This document shows positions 21,101 to 30,973 of a stretch of DNA of 64,000 nucleotides, in pieces (the stretch's first letter is position 1; every line of letters starts with the position of its first letter). The DNA is from an uncultured virus (IMG/VR IMGVR_UViG_3300030104_004432) (Duplodnaviria > Heunggongvirae > Uroviricota > Caudoviricetes). Under the pieces are notes generated by a model. It did not search any database. It had not been told where the DNA came from and saw only the letters and a list, made by a program, of their open reading frames with translations. The stretch lies in the IMG/VR virus record IMGVR_UViG_3300030104_004432; one strand, written 5' to 3'. The translations under genes and the position numbers were made by a program.

Positions 21101-24100
21101 ATTATTCTATTTCATCTGATGATGATGGTGATTTATTTACAGCATTGAGTTATGATTCTGACAGATTTCAATATGATATTCCTAATATTGGTCAATCTGG
21201 TATAAGAGCAACAGATACTATTGATCTTAGACCAAGAGTATCTGTATATGATAATAGTACCAATACATTATCACCTTTTGCTTTTGATAGTAGAAATTTT
21301 TCAATAAAACAATATTTAATATCAAATGAAAATGCAGATCTTGGATATGAATTTTATCTTCCAAGAATTGATAAGTTATATTTGAATAAATTTGGTGAAT
21401 TTGTATATCAGAAAGGAACATCTGAGATGGATCCTAAACCTCCAGTAAGGACTGATGACTTAATGGAGTTGGCTACAGTAAATCTTCCTCCATATTTGTA
21501 TAATACACAATCAGCAAGATTATCTTTAATTGATAATAGAAGATTTACTATGAGAGATATTGGAAATATTGAAGATAGAGTTTCAAATTTAGAAGAAGTT
21601 ACAACACTATCATTATTGGAAAATAATGTACAAACCCTTCAAATTCAAGATTCTGAAGGTAGAAATAGATTTAAGACGGGATTTTTTGTTGATCCATTCA
21701 AAAATTATTCATCAATTAGTGCATTATCTAGAGTTCAAATCAATCCATTATCACAAGAATTGATTCCAATACGTTCTAGAAATACTCTTGCATCCCAGGT
21801 AACACCAAAATTATCTACAACAGCAGAAACTCTTGATTTTAATAGTGATTTTGATTTATTTGATGGAAATGTTCAAAAAACTGGTGATGTTGTAACTTTA
21901 AAATATGATGAAGAGGTATGGTTTGGACAATATTATGCAACATTACTTAAAGATGGTTCACTTGGAGTTATAAATGTAAACCCATATGAACTTCCTGCAA
22001 TACTAGGTAATGTTGACTTACAACCAGATTTAGATGTTTGGACAAGAACAATTCAGTTAGATGATAATGTTATTAATCAAACTGGAACCAATAGTAGTGC
22101 AGAACTTAATCTATCTGGTAGTGGTAATATTGATTTAGGTAACGCTACAACAGATACAGGTAGTAGTGAACATGTTAGAACTACTGATCGAAGTATTAAA
22201 GCAGGAGTGGAAAGTGAAAGTGATACTTCTACACTTCAAGGTAGTACCAATTTAACGGCATCTGATTCAATCACTATTAGTAATACTGATATATCAATTC
22301 AAAATAGATTGATTTCATCTGCATCTGAAGATCATATGAGATCTAGAAATACTGAATTTAAATCGACTGGATTCCCTGCAAATGTAAAAACTTATCTATT
22401 CTTGGATGGGCAAAAAATAGAAGATATTACACCAAAATTATTGGCAATATGTTCTTCTGTTGGTGGTGAATATGGTGCAACTAAAGCATTTAAGATTGGT
22501 GAAACTGTAAGTGTAGAAGATCCAACAACTTCATTAGAAATTATGAAATTTAGGGTTTGCACCCCAAATCACAAAGAAGGACCATATAACAATCCAACTG
22601 AAGCATATTCAAAGGATCCATATACTAATTCTCCAATTTCTAATACTTCTTATACATTAACATCACCTATTTTAAATATTGATACTAGAGCATTAGCAGA
22701 AGAAGCTCAAGGAGAATATCATGGTTATCTAGTTGCAAATGCAAAATTAATTGGACAAGAAACTGGTGCTGTGGCATATGTGAAAGATTGGAATGATAAT
22801 AAAATGATTACTGATGAATATGGTGATATAATAGGAACTTTCTATTTAAGAGATCCAAATTCTATTCCTCAACCATCCGTAAAAGTTACAACGGGAAGGA
22901 AAAATGTTAGAATAACAACCAGTTCTACAAATGTAAATATTGCACCAGGAACAAGAGCTGATATTGTTATAGCAGAAGGAATATATAGTGCACAAGGAAC
23001 AGTTGAAGAATGGCAAAACGATAGAACTATTAGAGTAGATACAACTACAGTTACAGCAAATGCTGATTTTTCTATAAGTGCACAAGGATCAGTAACATCT
23101 AGACATACTACAACTCGTACAGTTGAATATATTGATCCTATTGCACAAACATTTGTTGTTGGTGGTAATGTACAGGCACCTTCTGCTATAGGTGCAAATG
23201 AAGATTTAAATGGTTTATTCTTAACTGCAGTTGAGGTATTCTTTGCTTCTATAGACACTGAAGTAAATACACCTATAAGATGTGAAATAAGGTCTACAAC
23301 GGGTGATGCACGTCCTTCTAGGACTCTTATGGGTAGAAGTAGAACATTGTACCCATTCACAACCGATTCTAATGGCAATCGTATCCAAAATATTCAAACC
23401 GATGATACCAATGCTAGTGTAGGAACTAAATTCACATTCCCAGAACCAATATTCCTACCACCCGGACAATCATATGCTTTTGTTCTGGTTGCAGAAAGAA
23501 GTGTTGCCTATACAGTTTGGTTGGGTGAACATGGACAGAAAGCAGTTAATTCAGCAACTATTCCTGGATCAACTGGTGAAAGTCCAACATATGCTAGACA
23601 ATATGGTGCTGGAGCATTATTCAAATCTCAAAATGGTGCATTATGGACAGAAGATCAAACCCAAGATTTGAAATTTGTTCTTTACAGAGCTAAATTCACT
23701 TCTTCTACAGGATCAGTATTCTTCAATAATCCCAATTTGAGTGAAAGTAATGGGTATATTCCACAATTAAGGAATAATCCAATAAGAACTTTACCAAAAA
23801 CAGGAAGCATTACAATACCTCGTTATGCATACAATGCTTCATTAGCTAATGATAATAGATTAGATCTTCACATTCAACCAGGTAGAAAACTTGTTGCTGG
23901 TCCTGAAAATAAGAGTACAGCAGTTGTTGATTCTGTTGGAGATGAAGCTACTGCAGTTTCTGTTGCTTCTACAGGAACAAATTATAAACCAAGTCAAACT
24001 AATGTAGTTGTAGGTACATATACTATAACTGGAAGGGGAAGTGGTTTAAAACTATCAGTTAGTACAGATGTAGATGGTTATGTTCCTGTTGGTAATGTAT

Positions 24101-25809
24101 CAATTGATGGTAGTAATGCAGGATCTGGATATAAACCTGGTGATGTAGTTGGTATTGTAACTGCAGACATGGGTGGTAATAAAGGTAGAGGTGCTGAAAT
24201 TACTGTTACTTCTGGTGCACCATTATCTATGGATACAATATATTTGACAGACATTCAGGGGCAATCAAGTGCTAGTGGTAGTTGGAAACCAGGTGGTGCT
24301 TTCACACTAAAATATGTTAAAGATGATGGTACAGTTTATGCTCCTCAAGCAAGTTCTGCTGATATAGCAGTTGATGGATTCAGTGCTGATGGTGGAATAA
24401 ATGATGGTAAGACTTTTAGAGTTAATCAATTTGATCATGGTATGTATTCTTCTACCAATAAAGTAGAAATAAGTGATCTTCAAACAGATACGCCATCTAC
24501 AGCATTAACAGCAGATTTATTGCAAAATGAAACAGGTACAATCAGTGTTGCTTCTACTTTACCATTCCAATATTTTGAAGGAATTGAGGTTAATGGGAAT
24601 ACAGGGAACATAGGTTATATAAAAATTGGTAATGAAATTATTGGTTATCAGGATGCAAATAATACTGGAATAGTTATTGCTTCATCAACAAATGGTAGAG
24701 GAATAGATAATTCAATTGTTGTTCCTCATGAAATAGGTGATAAAGTTGAAAAATATGAATTAGGTGGAGTTTCTATGAGAAGAATATCAGTAAAGGGTGG
24801 ACAAACTATTGCTAATGAAGATATTGGACTTGATCATTATCATGTTAAAATTGATGCTTCTACTAATGGACAACCTGGTAAGGATAGAAGTGGGGATGAA
24901 GATTTTGATGGAGTTACATATCCAGAATTATCATTTAAGAATGATTCGTTTGTTGGTGGTTCTAACGTTAAGGCATCTAAAAATATAGCATATTCTGCTA
25001 TAGTTCCTAGATATGATACTATGACTCCAAGTGGAATTGATGGATCATCTACTAGTATAACTGCTAGTATAAGAAATGTTAGTGGATCTAGTGTAGATGG
25101 AACAGAAGCATCATTTAATGATCAAGGATATAGGGATGTTCAATTGAATGCATATAACAATTTTGACAATGTTTCAATTGTTGCATCTAAAATTAATGAA
25201 AATGAATATTTAACAAATTTACCTAGAAATAAATCATTTACCACAGTATTAAATTTCACATCAAATAATGAACACCTATCACCAATGGTTTATATTGGAG
25301 AATCTAGTACTGAATTTATAAGTCATCGTTTAAACAATCCAATAGGATCTGATAATTATTCGACTGATAATAGAGTAAATACAACTATTGAAGATCCTCA
25401 TAGTGCAGTTTATTATTCAAATGCAGTTAGGTTAAGTAAACCTGCCACATCATTGAAAATTTTACTATCTGCATTTAGACCAGAAAATTCTGATATTAGA
25501 GTTTTGTATAGGTTAGACAGATTGGATTCAAGTGAAGTTAGTTCAGAATTTGAATTATTCCCTGGATATAAAAATCTTATTGATAATGATGAGGATGGTT
25601 TTGGTGATATTGTAATTGATGCGGGTAAAAATGATGGTAGATCGGATTCCTTTGTTGGTCTTAGTGTTAGTGATCAATTTAGAGAATATCAATATACTGC
25701 AGATAATCTAGATTTATTTAATGGATATACGATTAAAATTGTTATGTCTGGTACTAATCAAGCAAAACCACCAAGAATTAAAGAACTTAGGAGTATTGCT
25801 ATAAGATGA
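18160..25809 (+). CDS. Large virion structural protein, VrlC-like (2549 aa)
   Basis: 'PYYDDFD..KNFYKVL.KPG.PVQARELT..QSILQNQ', 'APGADR', 'RRFTMRDIG..E.R..NLE..T.LSLLE', 'RFKTGFFVD.F'; usual position after g8 in cyanomyoviruses. Confidence 0.85.
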   Translation: MAQKTNLNISPYYDDFDSEKNFYKVLYKPGFPVQARELTGTQSILQNQIQSFGDHIFKEGSVVIPGNIAYDGQFSAVKLDIENYGIDISLYIKDFIGKKITGRLSGIEATLKYVALPGVDDVDDVTVYVTYTSADNNNELNSFTDGEQLVCSDSITYGNTTINAGTPFASLISSGATSIGSAAYIQKGVYFVRGYFVNVTDQTIILDYYSNAPSYRVGLRIDELIVSAKDDNSLYDNAKGFNNFSAPGADRFKINLTLSKKALDDQDDTDFVELLRVKKGKIKILNTKSNYNIVRDWIAERTHDESGDYTVNPFKISVLDSLNDNLGNGGLFYKDEKTDQLNLPSEDMMCVRVSDGKAYVQGYDIEKVGTTIIDVEKPRDVGINSTASVNFNMGSVIRINNVSGLPKQGELVQFYDGFGQTGSIIGSARAYNINLRNEEYSDASTVWDLSLFDVQTTTQITLNDVVSSTELPNSSFVKGKSSGASGYAVGAGSGSSRIDLNQTTGTFAKGEQIEVNGVDFSRTIGISTANTTQSIKSFKQTGITGFPPFTADSNLDVFQLPNGITDCVITTRSATDNTGISTITAGAKQFSGLRIGSTIIYQKYSSADPTYNKVKSIGAGNTSIVVSPIDPSVPGVFDGELPSNTTTTQSTIRMFVGAPILRGSGILHAPLGNRNVSTVDLSNSNLRVTKQLTDMTIGSQVGNQLLVNIADVTGQYTEITSDATFEPFDEERYSVHYSGGGIGAITEDTFKYELSGGRIRIDGLSDGNNNVLTASVKKKGIKSKIKNYNKSKMLDVVYSKYARSGSTAIGNGAKQLADGLTYDQNQRYGLRVQDERISLNYPDVAKFIAVYESIDNEKPTLDEFKFSSTANVQINAILGENIVGYNSKAIARVVNKSSTDVNTLGIVYLTNTRFTEGETVNFDESNIDTNIESITNGTYKDITNSFKLDKGQKDQYYDYSSIVRTRGSSEPSGRLLVIFDYYSISSDDDGDLFTALSYDSDRFQYDIPNIGQSGIRATDTIDLRPRVSVYDNSTNTLSPFAFDSRNFSIKQYLISNENADLGYEFYLPRIDKLYLNKFGEFVYQKGTSEMDPKPPVRTDDLMELATVNLPPYLYNTQSARLSLIDNRRFTMRDIGNIEDRVSNLEEVTTLSLLENNVQTLQIQDSEGRNRFKTGFFVDPFKNYSSISALSRVQINPLSQELIPIRSRNTLASQVTPKLSTTAETLDFNSDFDLFDGNVQKTGDVVTLKYDEEVWFGQYYATLLKDGSLGVINVNPYELPAILGNVDLQPDLDVWTRTIQLDDNVINQTGTNSSAELNLSGSGNIDLGNATTDTGSSEHVRTTDRSIKAGVESESDTSTLQGSTNLTASDSITISNTDISIQNRLISSASEDHMRSRNTEFKSTGFPANVKTYLFLDGQKIEDITPKLLAICSSVGGEYGATKAFKIGETVSVEDPTTSLEIMKFRVCTPNHKEGPYNNPTEAYSKDPYTNSPISNTSYTLTSPILNIDTRALAEEAQGEYHGYLVANAKLIGQETGAVAYVKDWNDNKMITDEYGDIIGTFYLRDPNSIPQPSVKVTTGRKNVRITTSSTNVNIAPGTRADIVIAEGIYSAQGTVEEWQNDRTIRVDTTTVTANADFSISAQGSVTSRHTTTRTVEYIDPIAQTFVVGGNVQAPSAIGANEDLNGLFLTAVEVFFASIDTEVNTPIRCEIRSTTGDARPSRTLMGRSRTLYPFTTDSNGNRIQNIQTDDTNASVGTKFTFPEPIFLPPGQSYAFVLVAERSVAYTVWLGEHGQKAVNSATIPGSTGESPTYARQYGAGALFKSQNGALWTEDQTQDLKFVLYRAKFTSSTGSVFFNNPNLSESNGYIPQLRNNPIRTLPKTGSITIPRYAYNASLANDNRLDLHIQPGRKLVAGPENKSTAVVDSVGDEATAVSVASTGTNYKPSQTNVVVGTYTITGRGSGLKLSVSTDVDGYVPVGNVSIDGSNAGSGYKPGDVVGIVTADMGGNKGRGAEITVTSGAPLSMDTIYLTDIQGQSSASGSWKPGGAFTLKYVKDDGTVYAPQASSADIAVDGFSADGGINDGKTFRVNQFDHGMYSSTNKVEISDLQTDTPSTALTADLLQNETGTISVASTLPFQYFEGIEVNGNTGNIGYIKIGNEIIGYQDANNTGIVIASSTNGRGIDNSIVVPHEIGDKVEKYELGGVSMRRISVKGGQTIANEDIGLDHYHVKIDASTNGQPGKDRSGDEDFDGVTYPELSFKNDSFVGGSNVKASKNIAYSAIVPRYDTMTPSGIDGSSTSITASIRNVSGSSVDGTEASFNDQGYRDVQLNAYNNFDNVSIVASKINENEYLTNLPRNKSFTTVLNFTSNNEHLSPMVYIGESSTEFISHRLNNPIGSDNYSTDNRVNTTIEDPHSAVYYSNAVRLSKPATSLKILLSAFRPENSDIRVLYRLDRLDSSEVSSEFELFPGYKNLIDNDEDGFGDIVIDAGKNDGRSDSFVGLSVSDQFREYQYTADNLDLFNGYTIKIVMSGTNQAKPPRIKELRSIAIR

Positions 25810-26012
25810 TTAGAGTTGAAGGACATCCACATCTCTATAGAGATGAAAAAACTGGAGCAATTATTAATTGTGATGATAGTGGTTATGATCAATACGTTAA
25901 AACTCTACATTATAGAGAAAATAAGGATAGGGAACTTAGTGATATGAGAAAAGATATTGATGAAATCAAGTCTTCTTTAGCAATTTTAATCAATGGCCTT
26001 AATAAGTCCTAA
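25806..26012 (+). CDS. Conserved hypothetical protein (68 aa, coiled-coil C-terminus)
   Basis: 'VEGHPHLYRD..TGAIIN'; ATGA overlap with the upstream gene. Confidence 0.75.
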   Translation: MIRVEGHPHLYRDEKTGAIINCDDSGYDQYVKTLHYRENKDRELSDMRKDIDEIKSSLAILINGLNKS

Positions 26013-26015
26013 ATA
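26009..26015 (+). promoter_or_regulatory. Late promoter variant CTAAATA
   Basis: Cyanophage-type late promoter core directly before a structural gene cluster. Confidence 0.6.
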
Positions 26016-26041
26016 ATAAGAGAAGTTATTATTAGAAATAG

Positions 26042-26383
26042 ATGGCAGCTGTATATGTTTCTAATCTTGTAATCAACGCAGGAGCCACATTTAGTCAACA
26101 GTTTGAATTGGCGCAGAGTGATGATTCTGCTCCATTAAATCTTACTGGGTATGCACTTGCAGGACAAATTAGAAAACATTCTGGAAGTTCTAACCCTACA
26201 GGATTTACTGTTACTGCAATGGATGTTACTGGTGGAGTGATATTAATTTCATTAACTCCAGCACAAACCACTGCATTAAAATCTGGCAGGTATGTTTATG
26301 ACATTGTTATAACTGATGCAGCCGGTGATAAAACACGGGTTGTTGAAGGATCTGTACTTGTTAGGGAAGGGGTTACCAGATAA
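26042..26383 (+). CDS. Virion structural/adaptor protein (Ig-like, fibre-attachment type)
   Basis: 'NL.I..GATF', 'LNLTGY....QIRK', 'I.LT..QT.AL..GRYVYD..I......TRVVEG.V.V..GVT'. Confidence 0.7.
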   Translation: MAAVYVSNLVINAGATFSQQFELAQSDDSAPLNLTGYALAGQIRKHSGSSNPTGFTVTAMDVTGGVILISLTPAQTTALKSGRYVYDIVITDAAGDKTRVVEGSVLVREGVTR

Positions 26384-27426
26384 TGGCAGCAATTAAAGTT
26401 AGAGTTGGGCAATCAGATGCGATAAAAGTAATCTCCAGTCAAGGTGGAGGTTCTATTTCGGCACAAAATTCTACTAATGTAATTGGTGGAATTGCTTCTG
26501 TTACACAATTACAGGTAACTGGTGTTTCAACCTTTCTTGATAATGTTAGTATTGCAGGTGTAACAACACTTGCTGCTAATGGTGGTATAACAACCACTGG
26601 TGGAGATTTATATGTAGGTGGTGATTTATTTGTTGGTGATGATATATTATTTGATGAAATAAATGGTAGAAATCTTAATATTAGTGGTATTTCTACATTA
26701 AATGTATTAGGTGTTTCTGGAATTGTTACAACCCAACATTTAGAAGTAACTGGTATTGCAACCATAGGTGGATCAACTATAAATGATGGAACATTTGAAC
26801 AAATAAAAGTTGCTGGTGTATCTACATTTGTTGGACAAGCCAATTTCCAATCAAATATAACACTCCAAGATAATGATAAGATCTTGTTAGGTAATGAATC
26901 TGATATAGAGATTTACCATAACAATTCTAATGCATACATTACCAATGATACTGGTAATTTATATTTTATCAATAATGCAGATGATGACGATGGTGGAGAT
27001 ATTATTTTCCAGGCAAAGTCTGGTAAAAATTCTGCAATATTTAGAGATGATGAAGGTGTATCTCTTTATTATGATAATATAGAAAAATTAACCACTACAA
27101 GTAGTGGATTAGTTATATTTGGCAGTGTTACTGCAACTTCATTTAAAGGTGAAACAGAGTCTGCTGCTTCATTCCCACTTGGATTAGTTGCAGCTGGTGC
27201 TACTTTCAGTGGAAATGTCAGTGTTGGTGGAACATTAACATATGAAGATGTAACTAACATTGATTCAGTAGGTCTTATTACTGCTAGATCAGGAATAAGG
27301 ATTAATACAGGTGGTTTAGTTGTAACTGCAGGTGTTTCTACTTTTGCTGGAATTGCAACATTCACTAATGATGTGTTTATGGATGGCACATTAACTGCAG
27401 GACTTATAGATGGAGGATCATTCTGA
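26383..27426 (+). CDS. Fibre-like virion protein with GxST beta repeats
   Basis: Repeated 'V.GVSTF', 'ISGIST', 'YEDVTNIDSVGLITARSG'; ends in 'IDGGSF'; located just before g13. Confidence 0.65.
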   Translation: MAAIKVRVGQSDAIKVISSQGGGSISAQNSTNVIGGIASVTQLQVTGVSTFLDNVSIAGVTTLAANGGITTTGGDLYVGGDLFVGDDILFDEINGRNLNISGISTLNVLGVSGIVTTQHLEVTGIATIGGSTINDGTFEQIKVAGVSTFVGQANFQSNITLQDNDKILLGNESDIEIYHNNSNAYITNDTGNLYFINNADDDDGGDIIFQAKSGKNSAIFRDDEGVSLYYDNIEKLTTTSSGLVIFGSVTATSFKGETESAASFPLGLVAAGATFSGNVSVGGTLTYEDVTNIDSVGLITARSGIRINTGGLVVTAGVSTFAGIATFTNDVFMDGTLTAGLIDGGSF

Positions 27427-28271
27427 TGGCAAAACCAACCACTAAACAAGAATTAATTGATTATGCTCTTAGAAAATTAGGAGCTCCTGTTTTAGAAATT
27501 AACGTAGATGATGATCAAATAGATGATGCTGTAGACGATACAATACAATTATTCAATGAACGTCATTATGATGGTATTGAAAGAATGTATTTAAAATATG
27601 AGTTAACTCAGGATGATATTGATAGAGGAAAAGCATCTGGTACAACTGGAGTTGGTATTGTAACTACTACTGCAGAGTCAACATCTGTTAGTGGTTTAGG
27701 GACTGTTACTTCTAATTGGTATGAGAATTCCAATTTCCTTCAGGTTCCAGATTCAGTAATTGGTGTAGAAAAAATATTTAAATTTGATAGTAGTACTATA
27801 TCAGGTGGAATGTTTAGTCTGAAGTATCAATTATTTTTAAATGACTTATATCGATTTAATTCGATTGATCTTCTTCAATATTCAATGACTAAAACATATC
27901 TTGAAGATATTGATTTCCTATTATCAACCGATAAACAGTTAAGATTTAATAAGAAACAAGATAGATTATATTTGGATATTGATTGGGCTGCTGAAGAAGC
28001 AGGTACATATCTTGTTCTTGATTGTTATAGAGCATTAGATCCTGAAGCATTTAAGCAAATTTATAATGATAGTTTTGTAAAACCATACGTAACTGCTTTA
28101 ATTAAGAAGCAATGGGGTCAGAATTTAATTAAATTTAAAGGAACTAAACTTCCTGGTGGAATTGAACTTAATGGTAGAGAATTATATGATGATGCAGTTA
28201 GTGAATTATCAGAGATTAAAGAAAGGATGACTTTAGAATATGAAGTTCCACCCCTTGATATGATAGGATAA
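27426..28271 (+). CDS. g13: Neck protein gp13
   Basis: 'LIDYALRKLGAPVLEINV...Q..D', 'KKQWGQNLIKF....LPGG..LNG'. Confidence 0.95.
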   Translation: MAKPTTKQELIDYALRKLGAPVLEINVDDDQIDDAVDDTIQLFNERHYDGIERMYLKYELTQDDIDRGKASGTTGVGIVTTTAESTSVSGLGTVTSNWYENSNFLQVPDSVIGVEKIFKFDSSTISGGMFSLKYQLFLNDLYRFNSIDLLQYSMTKTYLEDIDFLLSTDKQLRFNKKQDRLYLDIDWAAEEAGTYLVLDCYRALDPEAFKQIYNDSFVKPYVTALIKKQWGQNLIKFKGTKLPGGIELNGRELYDDAVSELSEIKERMTLEYEVPPLDMIG

Positions 28272-28275
28272 GATA

Positions 28276-29712
28276 ATGCCATTAAATCCCTTTTTTCTAC
28301 AAGGTTCACAAAGTGAGCAACGACTTGTTCAAGATTTAATTAATGAACAATTAGGAATATATGGTGTAGAGGTATTATATCTACCCAGAAGAATTGTTAA
28401 AAAGGATAGTATTTTCACTGAATTAGAATCTTCCAGATTTAGTGATAATTTTGCTATAGAAGCGTATGTAAACACTTATGAGGGATATGGTGGTGCAGGT
28501 GATATAATGACAAAATTTGGTATGAGTTTGAAGGATGAATTAACGGTAACAATATCTAAAGAAAGATTTGAAGATTTTATATCACCATTTTTGGTACAGA
28601 TGCCAGCAGATGAGATAGAACTTACATCTAGACCTAGTGAAGGAGATTTAATTTATTTTCCATTAGGTAAAAGAATTTTTGAAATTAAATTTGTAGAACA
28701 TGAAAAACCTTTTTATCAGCTAGGTAAAAATTATGTTTATGAACTACAATGTGAACTATTCGAACTTGAAGATGAAATGGGTGGATGGGATCAAGTTGAT
28801 GCTAATAGTGAGGAAATTGATAATACATTAGTAGAATCTGGATATATAACATCTTTAAAACTTATTTCTATTGGTTCAACAGCATCTTTGGGAGTAACAA
28901 CTTCTACTGGATATGTAAGAAATATTATTCTCAATAATGATGGATATGATTATACAAAAGTTCCTAGTGTTGAAATTAGTAGTGCACCTTCGGGAGGAGT
29001 TGATGCAACTGCTGTAGCAATAACAACTTCTGTTAATGGTGTTTATTCTGTTAAAGAAATATTATTAACAAATACTGGTGCTGGATATACAGTCGCACCT
29101 ACAGTTACTATAGTTAGTGCTGGTTCTACTATTTTAGGTATTGGTTCTACAACATATGGTGTAGGTGCTGCAGCAACTGCAACATTAGTAACTTCTGGTG
29201 CTGGTATCCAACAAGTTACAACAGGTATTGGTAATAGTGGTACTGGATATCCTTCAGAACCAACAGTATACTTTGGAACACCAAGTTCTGGTATTGGAAC
29301 GGCAGTTGGTAGATCAGAAATTAGTTCAGATAATATGATAACTAGAATTCTTATTTCTGATGCTGGTATTGGATATGATAATACTACTGGAATTGTAACC
29401 GTTTCACCACCACCAGTTATTACAGGTATAGGTACATACAAGTTTAATGAGGTTGTAACTGGTTCTCTTTCTTCTGCTGAAGGTAGAGTTAAGACTTGGA
29501 ATGTTATTAGTGGAGTTCTTAAGTTGGGTACAACTAATGGAACATTTGTTCCTGGTGATATTGCAATTGGATCTACATCTGGAGCACAATATACCGTTGA
29601 TTATATACAGGAAGCAGAATTTTCTGATAAATACGATAAAGGTGATGAAATTGAAACAGAAGCTGATTCTATTATAGATTTCTCAGAAACTAATCCATTC
29701 GGTCAAGTATAA
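28276..29712 (+). CDS. g14: Neck protein gp14 with inserted Gly/Thr-rich modules
   Basis: 'EQRLVQDLINEQL.IYG.EV.YLPR', 'RPSEGDLIYFPL', 'PFYQLGK.YVYEL.CELF', C-terminal 'DFSE.NPFG'. Confidence 0.93.
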   Translation: MPLNPFFLQGSQSEQRLVQDLINEQLGIYGVEVLYLPRRIVKKDSIFTELESSRFSDNFAIEAYVNTYEGYGGAGDIMTKFGMSLKDELTVTISKERFEDFISPFLVQMPADEIELTSRPSEGDLIYFPLGKRIFEIKFVEHEKPFYQLGKNYVYELQCELFELEDEMGGWDQVDANSEEIDNTLVESGYITSLKLISIGSTASLGVTTSTGYVRNIILNNDGYDYTKVPSVEISSAPSGGVDATAVAITTSVNGVYSVKEILLTNTGAGYTVAPTVTIVSAGSTILGIGSTTYGVGAAATATLVTSGAGIQQVTTGIGNSGTGYPSEPTVYFGTPSSGIGTAVGRSEISSDNMITRILISDAGIGYDNTTGIVTVSPPPVITGIGTYKFNEVVTGSLSSAEGRVKTWNVISGVLKLGTTNGTFVPGDIAIGSTSGAQYTVDYIQEAEFSDKYDKGDEIETEADSIIDFSETNPFGQV

Positions 29713-30509
29713 TGTTAGGTACTTATTATTACCATGAAATAATGCGAAAGACTATTGTGTCTTTTGGAACATTGTTTAATCAAATTTATATTCGTCATGA
29801 CGACTCTACAGGAAACACATATAGTGAACTTAAAGTTCCATTAGCATATGGTCCTGCACAAAAATTTCTTGCTAGATTAGAACAACAGGCAGATTTAAAT
29901 AAACCAGTTCAAACTACACTTCCTAGAATGTCATTTGAAATGACTTCAGTGAATTATGATTCCACAAGAAAGGTTGGTGTAACTCAGACATTTAAGGCAT
30001 CTGATGGAACCAATATGAAAAAGGTTTATATGCCAGTTCCTTATAATGTTGGATTTGAATTAAATATCCTAACCAAGTTAAATGATGATGCATTACAGAT
30101 TGTAGAGCAGATACTTCCATATTTCCAACCATCATTTAATTTAACTGTAGATTTAGTAAAATCTATAGGAGAAAAGAGAGATATACCAATTGTTTTGGAT
30201 AGTATTAATTTCCAAGATGATTATGAAGGAGATTTTTCTACAAGAAGAGCACTTATATACACATTGAATTTTACAGCAAAAACATACTTATTTGGTCCTG
30301 TTGCAGAGTCTTCAGAGGGTCTTATTAAGAAAGTTCAGGTTGATTATCATACTGATACTAACGTTAAGACATCAAAACGTGAAATGAGATATACTGTTAC
30401 TCCTGCTCCAGCTGATGCTGGTCCAGATGATGATTTTGGATTTAGTGAAACATCAACTGTTTTCTCTGATGCTAAATCATATAGTCCAACACAAGGGAAG
30501 GATATTTAA
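29712..30509 (+). CDS. g15: Tail sheath stabilizer/terminator gp15
   Basis: 'YYYHEI.RKTIV.FGTLFN', 'VPLAYGP.QKFLARL', 'LPRMSFE', 'QIVEQILPYFQP'. Confidence 0.95.
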   Translation: MLGTYYYHEIMRKTIVSFGTLFNQIYIRHDDSTGNTYSELKVPLAYGPAQKFLARLEQQADLNKPVQTTLPRMSFEMTSVNYDSTRKVGVTQTFKASDGTNMKKVYMPVPYNVGFELNILTKLNDDALQIVEQILPYFQPSFNLTVDLVKSIGEKRDIPIVLDSINFQDDYEGDFSTRRALIYTLNFTAKTYLFGPVAESSEGLIKKVQVDYHTDTNVKTSKREMRYTVTPAPADAGPDDDFGFSETSTVFSDAKSYSPTQGKDI

Positions 30510-30514
30510 TTATT

Positions 30515-30973
30515 ATGTCTAGTTATGATTCTATTGATGAAGCTCTAAACACTACTAGTGAAATTGAGGTGAGTAATACCCCTGAAGGTGGTGGTATTAG
30601 GAGAAAGGATAAACTAAAAGATGTCACTAATGATGTAGAAAAGGATTACGATTATACCCGTGCCAATCTATATTCACTAATTGAAAAGGGACAAGAAACT
30701 CTTAATGGTATAATGGAACTTGCAGGTGAAAGTGCAAGTCCAAGAGCATATGAAGTTGCAGGACAGATTATTAAATCAGTTGCTGATACTACTGATAAGT
30801 TAATGGATTTACAAAAGAAGGTTAAGGAAGTTGATGAGGAGAAAGTAAAAGGTCCAAGTCAAGTTACAAACAATGCTTTATTTGTTGGATCAACATCAGA
30901 CCTATCTAAGATGATTAAACAACAATTTCTAAATACTAATAACACCAAAGATACTAAAAATGAAAAAGTGTAG
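30515..30973 (+). CDS. g16: Terminase small subunit gp16
   Basis: 'DYDYTRANLYSLIEKG', 'SPRAYEVAGQ.IK', 'NNALFVGST.DL'. Confidence 0.93.
   Translation: MSSYDSIDEALNTTSEIEVSNTPEGGGIRRKDKLKDVTNDVEKDYDYTRANLYSLIEKGQETLNGIMELAGESASPRAYEVAGQIIKSVADTTDKLMDLQKKVKEVDEEKVKGPSQVTNNALFVGSTSDLSKMIKQQFLNTNNTKDTKNEKV
30929..30935 (+). promoter_or_regulatory. Late promoter variant CTAAATA inside the g16 3' end
   Basis: Motif about 25 nt upstream of the next ATG. Confidence 0.55.

Noticed and set aside
18160..25809. 'Virulence-associated' function for the VrlC-like protein
   Set aside because: The name is historical; position after g8 and beta-rich modules indicate a baseplate or tail structural role
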